A DNA stretch of 64,000 nt, taken from contig CAJVPI010000013.1 in NCBI GenBank assembly GCA_910592345.1, positions 1 to 64,000 on the forward strand, in the 5' to 3' direction. Shown here in pieces: positions 40,271-53,300 of this stretch. The stretch is from Paraglomus brasilianum (Eukaryota). Positions within the stretch are counted from its first letter, which is position 1. The number at the start of each line of letters is the position of its first letter. The notes below the pieces were generated by a model. The model was given only the letters and a program-made list of their open reading frames with translations. It was not told the origin of the DNA and made no database searches. Made by a program: the position numbers and the translations under genes.

Positions 40271-42608
40271 AATTTTGGGAACGGGAACGCCCTGCCGCTC
40301 CTTTGCGGACATTGTTTGCCACGTCCGAATGCTGCCAACTTCACCGGCCGGGAACACTTTTAGCGTTCAATCGTAGATTTGGAAGTGCATGTGTATGGTT
40401 CCAATTTTATTAGCCTACATCCTGCAGAAAAGGTTTACTTTTTCGCTTCTTGCAGGATTGTGTTGGTGGCCATGCGATAGCTATGTTATAATGCATGTCC
40501 ACTACATGCATATATAACTGGCTGTGGCCGGTTCGGAAGTCGTAGGCGTCGTGCATCTCTATATCTCGTCGTTTATTTCGAAGGAGCGGCATCCGGTAGA
40601 TAGATAGAGAGAGAGAATAAGTTTTTGTTTATTTTTCTGTTAGGTTGTGAATTTTTGAATAACTTGCGCATATAAAGCCAGGTGGGGGGAAGGAGTTGAT
40701 GTCAAAAAGGTGGAAGGAGTTGATGACAAAAAGTCCGACTTTTGTACTTTCCGGCGATTGATTGTTACACAAGTCTGAATTTGGAAGCGGAAAGTTGTCA
40801 TTAATTATAATCGCTATTTCGATATTATGATATTAAAATCAATAGGATGAAAACTTACTCTCAAACTGAAGCATGCCACGAATACGTTGTCCAGTCAACA
40901 ATCGCGGGAGAGCAATCGACCTGTATAAGCTAGGCTTTACTACTCACGACATTAATCCTGGACGGTTATCGTTATTCGCCTCGAGTTAATCTTCCTATGG
41001 GTCGGGGTATAAGCGAATAACAATCGTAATATCCACGGGACAAGAGGCTAAAGCCTGATAACAGACTGCTGGATGCAAATTCAATTGAAGTATCTGATGA
41101 AGAGACAGGATATTCATAAGGATTAGCGGTTCACAACTATATCGATAATTACCAGGGTTAATAAACCAATTGTTAACTAGTTCCACAATAGTGCCATCGC
41201 TTAACACACATAACCTTTCTTTTGTATAAATATCGTTTAAAGTCTACTGAGATCATACATTAATCGGTTTCCATGCTAATTGCTAAAGAAAGTTGAACTC
41301 TGAAATCGATAAAGAAGTAGCATAGCGTGCCGTAGCATACCACAACGCACGTTCGTAAACATATTAATATTGCTGATTCTCTACCCGCACAGATGATAAC
41401 CTCTATATAGACAACTCATTTTCGTTGTTTGTAAAAATAGCCCAGCCACTGTATATTGCCATTGACTGCTTTACCATTTTGACATCGAAATAGAAACTTC
41501 CAAGCAACGCTTTATCAATTAATATGTTTGCTCGATTAACCATGAATGTATCCCTAGTACTAGACACGCGTTTAATTATCTCAGCCGAGAATGCATTATG
41601 GAAAATAAATCAGGCAGTCGTTCATTTATTGCGACGTCCAACTGAGGCCAGTTATAGAGAACGAATCAATTGGCAGTTTCACTTCCCGATGAGTGTGCGA
41701 TATATGAGTTATTTACTCTTTTTTTTGTTTAACTTGTACAAGTTCACTGATCCTTCAAACTATCCCAAGCCCATACATACTAATACAAATTTAACACTGA
41801 AACTATAAATATAATAAACAATCAACAAATAGATACAAGAAACCTAACATATATTTATAACCCAAACTCCGCAATAAATAAAGAAACCGAGGATGGTAAT
41901 AGACGGCGGAGAGATCCCCCAGCAACTTCGCCATATTCCCATTGAGACATCATGTATCATTCCCATAGTTTAAACCAAAAGCAAAACTAGGGTTCAAATA
42001 TCCGCCCAATCAATTGCGAATCCATTCGCTGGGACTCTGGAAGAAGAAAGAGAAAAACTTGGGTTGGATAAAGCAAGATTCGTTAATTAAAGTGACCGAA
42101 GAGAAATAAGGAATGTAAATAATGCGACAAAAAGCGAGAATGGGGATGGGGATGTCAAAGAAATGAATGCAATACTTGGTCCAAGTAAGCATAAAGAGAA
42201 TGGATATGCTATCAAGTCAATAGATATTTTCCAAGAATAATAGATGGATACTAATCTCCCAATCCTGGATTGAGATGTCTCTTCTCAACAAATTCTCTTT
42301 TCAATAACGAACAAAGACGGTTAAAAACTGAATAATGATAACATAAAATTGTAATAAGAACATATGTGTATATATACTTATAAACTATGTGGGTAGGGGC
42401 TATACGATTAAAAATGTCCATTAGAGAAATGAGCAGTAAAAATATTCGATTTATAGGAATGATTTAAAAAAAAAAAGGAAAAAGAAGGAACTTTAATATT
42501 CCCACTTGTATATTAATTAGTTCCAATAGCACATCCCCACTTTTTGCAGACACGATGACCGATACACATATCAACGAAAAGAATTAAGCGCCATGTTATG
42601 TCACTCTA

Positions 42609-45600
42609 CTAATGACCATTAATCATGTTGAACATTTTTCCGTTTTCTTCTCGAAGACGTTCGTTTTCCCTGCGAAGGTCATCAACCATTTTTGTGCTCT
42701 CTATTAATTCTTCGTTATTTTTACGCAGATTCTCGAGTTCATGATTTTGTGTTTCGATCTTAGCCTATATACAAACAAGTTGTGGACATGATATTAAAAA
42801 TTTGTTGCGTATTGATGATTGAAAATATCTGGCTTGCTTCATCAACCAATCAATCGTTAAAAAGAAACTTGCCTCTTGCTGATCATTTTCTTCTTCGATC
42901 CATTTAAGTTCCATAGTAGTATTCTTGATCTTTTCATCTTTCTCTTCAAGTGCTCGTGCATGTGCAGCCTCTAGTTCGGCAATCTTTGCGTTATGCGCTT
43001 GGTGAAGTGCTTCTATATTTCCAACCTAAGATGACAATACAAACAACGAACTAAATAACAATCTATAAATTTTAACAACCACTCGCGTAATTGATGCTTA
43101 CATTCTTAAGTCGCTTGTTGAGCTCATCGAATTCCGCGTCCTTTATCGTGAGAAGATTCTCAAATTGTCTCTTTACAATGTTAGACTCTTCTTCGAATGC
43201 CTTCATTTGTTCAGTATGAGCTTTCGTGAGCTGCTCAATGTCGTCTTCATGATTCTATTGACAATACTTATATGGTTAGCTAGCGTATCCAAACGCGATC
43301 GTCTACAATCAATCAGATTCTCACCCGCTTATTGGCTGCCATCAACGACTGCATCTCTTCGGCGTGTTGCTTAGCGAGGGAATTCATGTGCTCGGTAAAT
43401 TCCTATTCGTAACATGAATGTTATACTTAACCACGTGCCAAACTCGTATTCAACGCCAAATGTTACACTACCGTCTAATGACAAATAAAAAAAACAACTC
43501 ATTTATAGTCTGTACCTGCAGCTGATCTTCATAGTCATTGTTCTGTTTTTTGGCAATCGAAAGCTGGTTTTGCAGTGCTTCAAGTTCATCAAAGGAAGCA
43601 TTATCAGACTTAACCAACTCTTCCAACTCTTTAGCATGAGTCTCCTTTAGTTCCTTTAGCTCGGCTTCGTGTTTTGCGACAAGGTCCTACAATTAGTTGA
43701 ATGTTGTTATACAACAAAAGTTAGAAAACTCTGCCATAACAGCAAGGCGAAAAAAGCAAAGAGGTGAAGTACAAGGCCCAAACAACCAAGGCGGCAACAA
43801 GTGACCAAAGCGTTTGAGATATTAAAAAGTCAATAGCACAAAAGGTCTTTTTGAAGAGCCGCCAGAACCAACGCCCAACTTACCATTTCGACCAACTTAT
43901 CCTCGGACGCAGTCTTCTTCAAACTTTCGATTTCTGCTAGTAAAACTTCTACTTGAGCCTTACTTTCTTTCTCAAAAGCGGACATCTTCTCTTGAACATC
44001 TTTTGCATGTTTTTCCTTCAGTTCTACAATAGCCTTTTCATAGTCATCTTTCAAACTCTCTTGCCTTATGGTTTGCTCTTCGTATTTATTGACAAGAGTT
44101 TCTACTTCTTTAGCATGCTCGGCCTTTAGGGTCTCGATTTCTTTTGCGTAAACAGCCGAATCGTTACCTCCAGCGTCTCTGGTTGCAGCCAACGCAGCTT
44201 CGTGTTGAGCCTTGAGTTCAGATATCTCGGTCTCATGCTTTTTGATTAGTTCCTCTCTATCTTGGGAATGCTGAGCTCTGAGTGCGACAAGCTCTTGAAC
44301 AGCACCATCATACTTGGTTTGAAGATTAGACTTGAGTTGTCTGACTTCCTCTTCGTGCGTACGTTCGAGGTTTAGGAGTTGTTCATTGTGTTGGGAAACG
44401 AGTTTTGACTATCAGAATGCAAAACTGTCAGTAAGCAAAAGGGAAGAAAGAGAGCAAACATGGTAATAATAAGCAAGACTATGTACTTGAGCATCATCTT
44501 TGGCAGCTTCTATCAACTCTTCACGTTCTTTGACGAGTTTTTCTAATTGCGCGTTGTAGGCCTGTTCTTTCTCACTGAGGTCGCGGGCATGCTGGGCTTT
44601 CAATTGTTCAATGAGGACGCCCACTTCTGAGGCTTGCTCCTGCTGGGAAGACTAAAAAGAAAGACAAAATAAACATCGACGCATATTCTTAGAACAGCAA
44701 ATAATCCCTTTCGACCCGCCGACTTCTAACCTGTAACTCAATGTTAACTTGTTCACGCGCTTGTTCGCGTGTCTGCTCAATATCCTTGGCGTGCTGGAAT
44801 TCCAATGCTTTGATATCAGCTTCATGAGCCTCTTGCAAGTTTTTAATCTCTTCCAGATGAGCTTTGTCTTTGTTCTATTTGAAACAATAAAGAGTAAGAA
44901 AACTAGGAAGCAACGAGAGGATAAACTCTACCAGAAAACCAGATTCTTACCTCTAGATCTACTCGCAATGCAGTAAGTTCTTGTGCAACGCTTTCTCCAC
45001 TCTCAAGCCTTTGTGTTAATTCGGCCTCCTTTGCCGCATTACTAGAATTTATCTCACGAAGCTCATTAAGCTCATTCTCATATTTAGCCTTGATCTGCTC
45101 CACCTTTTCTTCGTATGTCACCTTGTAGTTCTAAATAAGGGTTATGGGATAGGCCAAGTGTCTAGTTCCAAACATGCTAAAAAAAAAGTGTTGCCCACAA
45201 AATTTTATTATTCGACACATACCGAAAGCTCATCTTCTAATCTTTTCCTTTCTTTCCTAAGCAATTCGATTTCTGCTTCCTTCGACAACGCTTCATCGTG
45301 CTCGATCTGAGTTTGAGCAGTTCCTTCTTCTGATAGAACTGCGCCATCGAGCGATTTCTGACTTATAGACGCCTTGAGAGTTTCAAGTTCTTTTTCTTGG
45401 GTCTTCAACAGATTATCCTTTTCCTCGATGAGTTTTTGAAGCTCCTCGATCTAGATGTTTAGAAGCAGGAATGAAAACTCGACCAAAGTGTAAGGGATAC
45501 AAAAAGTATTTATTAAATAGTAGAATTACCAACCTTTTCTTTATAACCATGAATTTCGGCAGCTGCAGACGCCGACGTCGACGCAGATGCCTTTGCAACG

Positions 45601-46694
45601 CCGTTGGCCTTAGCCGGAGGTTTTGTTGCCGTTGAAGTTGGCTTGGTACCGGTGGTTGTGGTCGAAGTTTTTGTCTTTGAAATGCTGGACGAAATGCTGG
45701 GCTTCTTGGCATGAGTAGAAGGCGTAGATCCGACGCTAGTTGTCCTCTTTGCGGTGGTTGTCGTAGTCGCAGAGGCCGTAGGAGTTTTAGGTGACTTTAC
45801 GGTACTAGAACGCGTAGTAGCTGTGCTGACCTTCTTATCGGTTGCGGATCTAGTAGTAGTCGCACCGATAGTTGGTTTTACAGTCTTTGTCTTTGTTGTA
45901 GTAGTGGCGCTGTTTTGACGAGTGGTCGACTTTACGGGAGCAGTCGAGGTCTTTGAGATGGATGAGCTGCGAGTACGTGTTTTAGCAGTAGTGGTAGCGG
46001 TTGCAGATGTTGTAGTTTTTCCGGTAACACTCGGTTTTGAACGTGTTTTTGTTGCTATTTTAGAGGGAGCAGCGGGTTTCGCAGACTTTTTTTCCTGCTC
46101 TTTTTCCTTGACGGAATCCTCAGTAATAGGGCTTTTGGGAGGAGTGAGCGGTTCTGCCGGAGGTTTGGTGGATTCTTTGCCTTCGGTAGCAACAGATTCA
46201 CCAGAGATGGATCTGTTTTCGTGAGCTTCCTCGTGGGATTCGTCTTTGCCGTCGGTTTCGGCAATCGACTCGTCCTCGGTATGCTCTACATGATCCTCGG
46301 TGTGGTGTTCGCTGGTCTCGCTGACAGCATGTTCAGTGACTTCGGTTTGATCGAAGTGTTCGACAATGCCAGCATTTGTTTCGAGTGTTTCAGCATCTTT
46401 GTGGTCTAATGCTTGTTCGACAATGCGAGTGGAAGTAGTATGCTCGAATTTTTCGACGACTAGGCCTTCGGGCAGAGGTATATCGTCGGTAGAGGTAATG
46501 GTTGCAGTGTTGACAATTGTTGCTTGTTCGGTCTGTTGTTCAATGGAAGTTTCATCATGGCTTATTTCATCTTCCTTAATGTCGTCCTGAACTTTCTCGG
46601 AATCTACATTTTCAACTTGTACGACTTCGACAACTTCGACGACTTCGACGACTTCGCTGACGACTTCTTCGTGGTATGTCTCCACGGCGGCCAT
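42609..46694 (-). CDS. Large uncharacterised protein: Glu-rich N-terminus, Thr/Lys/Ser-rich basic region, long C-terminal coiled coil (about 10 exons)
   Basis: Exon 1 = ORF 45513-46694 up to ..GYKEK|GT; later exons are coiled coil (MKTQEKELETLK, YEEKVEQIKAKYENELNELRE, LKAEHAKEVETL); final exon ...ERLREENGKMFNMINGH* with TAG at 42609-42611. Confidence 0.8.
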
Positions 46695-47707
46695 TATTAT
46701 AGTCTATTCTTTTATTCTAAGTAGATAGCAATTAGAGGTCACGTTTTAATGTTTCAGAGTTGATAGGGTGATATGAAGTTCAAGTGAGTAGATGAGGACG
46801 CGACCGAGTATGTACTAGAGTAGTTGCGAACATTCTACATTTGTATTAGCGGAGATGTGCTGTCATAGAAGGGGATATTAGATGCTTACCTTTGATACCT
46901 TGGTAGATATAAGTGGAAGGGGAAGGGGAGAAGTCGAAGAGTGAGTAGACGAGGTAACTGTTGCCTCTTGACGAAGCACAAGAAGTAGAGTTTGCTTCGA
47001 CGGGGGCAGTAAAGTAGTAGATGAGGGGCTGGTTGTGATGTGTGTGCAATTTGCCGTTTGGGGTAAGTGAGGATTTGATCTGTCGAGCAAGAAGGGTTAG
47101 AGTGACAAGTGCAGTGGGAACACAGTATAAATTGATGTAATGATGGGTGTTTGATATGTGTTGATGTGGTTGATGTGCATTGTGTTCACAAAAAAAAACT
47201 TCAATTGAGCTGAAACCCATTGTCTTAGAGACGGTGGATTTCACAAAGAACAAAACGGAGCAGATTATATTATGTATTAGTATATTTTATATAATAAAAG
47301 ATGCAAAAGATAAACAACATCCAGTTTATATGCAGTGTATCCAGGATGCTCTTTTTTTTTTCACTCTTCATCTATAGAGTGTCGATTTGGACTAGATAGA
47401 TAGCATCACATCACACATACAACATCACACATACATAACACACACAAATAACAACACGCATAACATACACACACGCACTCTCGCTAACTCTCATTATCCC
47501 CCTTCTCTCCGATACTAACCGTTATATAGAAGGTTGTTATCACGTGATAAAATATTCGGCAATGTTAATCTATAAGACTAAATGAATGAAGCAATGATCG
47601 GATGAGGGAGTGATCGGATGTAGATTAATGCGGATGTTGCCATTTGGGGGGGGAGACGAGGAGGGGGAATAATTGAATGGCTGAATGACTGGAATGGGAA
47701 TGGGGAA

Positions 47708-47731
47708 TTGAATAATTACAATAATAATCAC

Positions 47732-47769
<38 letters not shown>

Positions 47770-47795
47770 CAACAACAACAATAATAATAATAAAT
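47708..47795. repeat. (AAT)n/(AAC)n microsatellite
   Basis: Direct reading of the trinucleotide run. Confidence 0.9.
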
Positions 47796-48875
47796 AATGG
47801 AATAATGGAATTGTAACGGTATTGTAACAGTGGGTATAGTTAATATTAAAATGTCTAAATTATTATTTTTCCACACGAACAAAGCGAAGAACTGAATTGT
47901 GTGAAACGGTAATGAAAAGGAATGACAAATTAAGACAAGCATTACATGGATTTACCAAAGATGATAAGATGGTAAATAGAGTTGTCTATTAAACATGGGT
48001 ACGTGATATAAAGACCCTGTGGGATAATCAATAATGGTTCTTTCTTCTGAAAAGAATCATATCTCTATCTCCCATCTCCATCTCTATACATATGTATGTA
48101 TGTATGCGTATGTACTGTATATGTACTGTATATGTACTGTATATATTAATATGTACGTATATCTGATATTTGTTAATACTTGATGCCTGGCAAGTCGGCA
48201 TTAACATCATTCCTACAATGTATCACTTATTATTAGTTGCCTTTTGCCTTTCCCCTTCCCAAGCGTTCTGCCCTTTCAAAAGCTATACACGTGATATAAT
48301 CTCCCTTCCTCTCTAGTTGTACAAGGCTTGTATACATTCTCAAACATAAAAATCTTACGTTTTGCATTCATTCTGGTTATTATGTTTTTTGAAGTTTACA
48401 CAGCCTCCCTCTTCCTCCCTTGCGCCACTCTCCTATCCAATCATACTCCAGTGGCTGTTCTGGAAAGGCTTATGTTCACATTACTAATAATATTTCCAAA
48501 ACTAATTATCCACTTCCCATTCAAGGGGTCACCATTTCCTCATTCTCTCCGATTTTCCATACCTTTATTCACAATATGGCAATTTGTGCTACATTTGTAG
48601 AATGAATTAATCGGCGGAGCTATATGAGAATTTATTCAAATTCATTGTCTAAAAGGAGATAGAGGCCGTGTCGTTGACTACGCCTATTTTAATTAAGTTT
48701 GAATCGACGTTCTCGGTCACTTTTTCTCTCTCTCATTCTTAAAGATCTTTTCCAAAACTCGAGTGCATCGCGAAAGACACTCGCGCCTTCCCAAAATAAA
48801 TATCTGTACAAAATCACAGATTTTCTTGATTTGATTTATCGAAACATAGCGGCAATTTAGTCCGAAACCACAAGA

Positions 48876-50377
48876 ATGGCAAGTTTCGGAGACTTCAATA
48901 CAATATGCGAGACGGTTGCCCTCACGGTATGTCCTCTGGTAGGCACAAGCCAGGGAATTCAGCCAACCTGCTACTCGAGAAACGTCGAAATTGGTGGAAC
49001 TTTGATCTTTCAACCAGGTAAATAGGAGAAACCCCTCCCGATTGCGAGAGCGAAAATGAAAGGACGTTGGACAAAAAAGTACTTGCGACTTCCTATCATA
49101 CAACACGATACGAAATCATGTCAGATATCGAGAGCAATATAATAATTCTCAAGCTTTTCTTTTGTTTATCTGTATGTGTGCGTGTATATGTGTATGTGTG
49201 TTGTGTTGTGTTGTGTTGTGTTGACAACTACCCTACCCTACAGCTACTCTTATTATCCACGTGATTGCACTCATAATGACGACCATCATGATTATTCATA
49301 TCAAATCTAAATATACTGCTGTCGGTAAGTAGATACGGGAAATGCACTTGCAGTATCATTTGCACGTTTCGTGAGTATTCCGCCAAATCTTATTAATTCT
49401 ACCGATTGAATAATAGGTCGAAAGGAGATTGTGATGTTCTTTTACTCTTATATGTTGCTTACATTCTTGGAACTGTTGCTGGTGTCAGGGATCATTCCAA
49501 CTTCATCAAATGTTTACTCTGTAAGTACTACGATTAGTCAGCCAGTCATTCAGATAAAGCCTTTTATTCGATCATTCGAGCTATTATCGTCAACTAGTTG
49601 ATAACGAATTCGTTTTCCAACAGTATTTCGTAGCGGCACACGTTGGTCTTATCTCGGTAACGTTTTGGATACTTTTGCTTAATGGATTTGTCGGATTTCA
49701 GTTTGCCGAAGATGGTACTGCATTATCGCTCTGGGTAAAGTATCAAATCAAAGAAAAAAAAACCTGCAACAAAGAATGGGCACTGTATACAATCACCAAC
49801 TGCTTTGATGACTTGACAACATCTTTCCACACTTTCTAACGTATTTTCACTTTTATAGTCGATCCGTATTTCATCACTTGTGCTCTTTAGCGCAGTGTAT
49901 TTTATAGCGATTGCAACTTTCCGTAGTATCGGTCCATTCAGTAATACAAGTCCAACGGCGCTTTGGATCATAATGTACATCTTCAATGGGGCAGCTCTTG
50001 TCATCTACGTAGCATTACAGATCGTTCTCGTCATCAAGACCCTCGATGATCGTTGGCCATTGGGTGATATCCTCTTCGGCGTTGCTTTCTATATCATTGG
50101 ACAAGTAACAATATACGTATTCTCCGTCAGAATTTGTGACACAGTTAAGCATTACATTGATGGTTTGTTCTTTGGAACCATTTGCACTCTACTGGCTGTG
50201 ATGATGGTATACAAGTATTGGGATTCAATTACAAAGGAAGATTTGGAATTCTCTGTCGGAAGTAAACAGAATGTATGGGAGGTTAAGGAATTACTTGTTG
50301 AGGATGAATTGGCTTATTCTCAACAAGGATATGGTGGTGGATATGGACAGCAATCCTTCGGCGGATATCCTCGCTAG
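48876..50377 (+). CDS. CHS7: Chitin synthase export chaperone Chs7 (five exons)
   Basis: [42 protein letters not shown] | ..[20 protein letters not shown] | [20 protein letters not shown] | ..[10 protein letters not shown]...[37 protein letters not shown]. Confidence 0.95.
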
Positions 50378-53300
50378 AAGACATTGAAGTTATGTGGTGG
50401 TCAGATTAAAGGGGAGAAGAGGGAGAAGGGGATAAAAGCGGTTGTTTTGATCTCGGTCTAATAAACATTTTTTTGTATTGGTTAGATGTTAAGTATTATT
50501 AAGGGAGTTTTATGACCTGTCTGTATTTTTTTGTTCTTTTTATTGCATGTATTATTCAAATTAAATGATGTTTCACAACAAAACGTTGGTTTATCAATTA
50601 ACGAGATCAAGTGTAATCACAAAAGAAAACTTTTAATTACCAACGATGCACAAATCAATTGCGCGTGATATTAAAGAAGGGAAAATACGTTGGATCTGAA
50701 TAACGAGAGGCTACGAAGGGGAGGTCTGCAGATTGATTATGTCTTTCTTCGAGCCTATTAATCATGTGATCTGACAAATTTACAAAATGCTAACATCTCA
50801 TAATAACATCCAGGAGTCATATTTTAAAGAATCAGACATATTCGTTGATTTTGCAGGTTCATTATTATGTTGCAGAGCTTTACATGGTCAGAACAATTCG
50901 TAATAATGAGAATTTTTTGATACGTCACCAATGGGATACTATATTGTCAAGTATTGGGAATGTTATTAAAATACGTAGTGAGATGGCTATCCATAATTAT
51001 CTTAATTAGTTATGCAGTACCTGCTTAAGAACAAGTTGATCTAATCTAAAATACGTTGACCGTATAATGTTTTTTTCCCTTGGCTGCACATTTGTAAACA
51101 AACGAAATTATCCCGTGGGAATTGAATTGATAAGTTATGTATGAAATATTGTTCTACGAATATGAAAGGCAATACATTTCTTAGAAATAAGCTTGCGTTT
51201 GGCTGATCATTCATACATAGTTACAAGCTATGCGGACGTTTCAAAAGATATATTTTAGTAACCCTGCTAAGGCCGATGCTAAAAAAAAACGCGTGCTAAT
51301 AATAGAACCTTGCTAATAGATTTGAGTTTATAGAAATAAGAGATGTTATTTTGTCTCCTATCCGGTGGGGTTTGATTTCTTGTAGGTATCTTCTCAATTT
51401 CTCGGGGGTTATTATAAGTTTTGTATTAATGCTCACTTATATTTATTTGCAATTTTTCGTTCTTTTGTAAGTAAATTTTCTTTACCTGAAGAGCTTGCTT
51501 TAAAACATGAAGGGTTTTCTTTCTTAAATTCTTTTACTTGAATCGCAGATTTAGGTGCAGTTGTTGCCATTAATTTAGTTTATATTTAACATAGAGAATT
51601 GCCGGAAATAATAGTATGTCCCAACAATCTGTGATAAAGTTTAATTGTAATGTCAACTATATTATAAGGTGGATAACTTTCGCGGATCAACCTGATTATG
51701 ACGTTTCTTATAAAATAATTGGGTTTGAACAACAAAATCAAGAAGTTAAAAGGTAAAAGAAACACCATACAGTATAAGCTAACAGAATTTTTCTTCAGAA
51801 GATTTGGAGTTGCTTTCTTATCATCAGTTGACAAACTTAAAAGAAAAAACTGCTTCTATGTACATTTAGAGGCGTATTTATCGATTGGAGTAATCGATTA
51901 GCTAGATTTTTATTTCTATCTAATCGGTTTATGTTAAATTTTACCGAATTGTGTTCTTTTTCTCTCTTGAGTTCTTGATACTCAGATGCTACTATTAAAA
52001 TATTAAGATAAACCTTTTTTTATAATCGGTCACTGGTGTCTTGAACGTTACTAACACAAGTCGCTAAGGAAAAGAAAAAAGAGTTATTCTTATACGCTGG
52101 TAGTGAATTTATTAAAATTGAAATGTTCAACCAATAAATGTTATTGAAGTAATCTTTTCCTCGAGTGAGCATGGCGAATAATACTTAAAGCTAGAAACAT
52201 TCTCAAATTAAAGTTTTTTGTCTAATTTTTTTTTTTTTCACGGATGTTCTACACACTTGAATGCGAGAACGCATTCACAATTAGTTATTCGATCTTATTA
52301 TACAATCGTGTTAATACTAAGAAGTGTACTTACTCTCGTGTTAATTCGACCATACACTTGCATCGAAGAATTTGCTCAACTATAAATGACGTTCGACTAA
52401 GATAAGATAACGACTAGCAGAGGATATCTTCATAATCGAGATTGTTAGACAGATCGCTGCGTCGCGAGTAATCAGTCTATGGTCTCATCAAAGTAACTTG
52501 TGGAAAGAAATACGCTTTAAGACAAATAACAAAATTAAGAGCGACGCGAAGTCATCACTCGTACAGGTATGTAATGTGATTCCCTGAAGGATTAATATCG
52601 TATGATAAAAGCACAAAACTAGCGCAATTACTAAATACGAGAATATTAATCCACGGGGCACATTGCAAAGCAGCAGCGAGAGAATCCATCACGGCACCCA
52701 CAGAAAAAAACCCACAAACGAACAAACTAAGGGTAAATGAAGCTAAATAAATTCCAAGAAAATGTAACTTGACAAAGAAATGTTACCTCATATTATCATT
52801 CTGCCAAGATTATGTTAGAACCAAAAATGTATTGGTTATTAGCAAAACCACCGATGTATTCAATACCCAACATGTACTATCTTAGGACCGGCGTTAAATA
52901 AAGGAGATTTTGGACAAACATTTTTAATTTTTAAAATTTCTTACTTGAAAGTTGTTAAATATTAGAATTGCAGGCAAAAAATGAACAACATCTGAACTTT
53001 TTGAAAATACGGTTGTTGCATTATGTCCACCTTGTCTGAATTTGTTGCGGCATTCTTCATATGAAATGGTATGCAAAGTTTTCTTATTAACATTTTCCAA
53101 GACGTTATTGTTCTGCGAACTGATTTTTTAGATGTTTAGGAATGCAATATTTTTCTTCCTCAGAGCTAATAAGTGCCTTATAATGTTTACATATACAATT
53201 TGAATATGGTTAATCACACATCCATACAATTGACATTTACCAACGAGCACATAGTTGCACTTGATTACGAAAAACACCTGTTGTTTAGGATAACCTGTTG

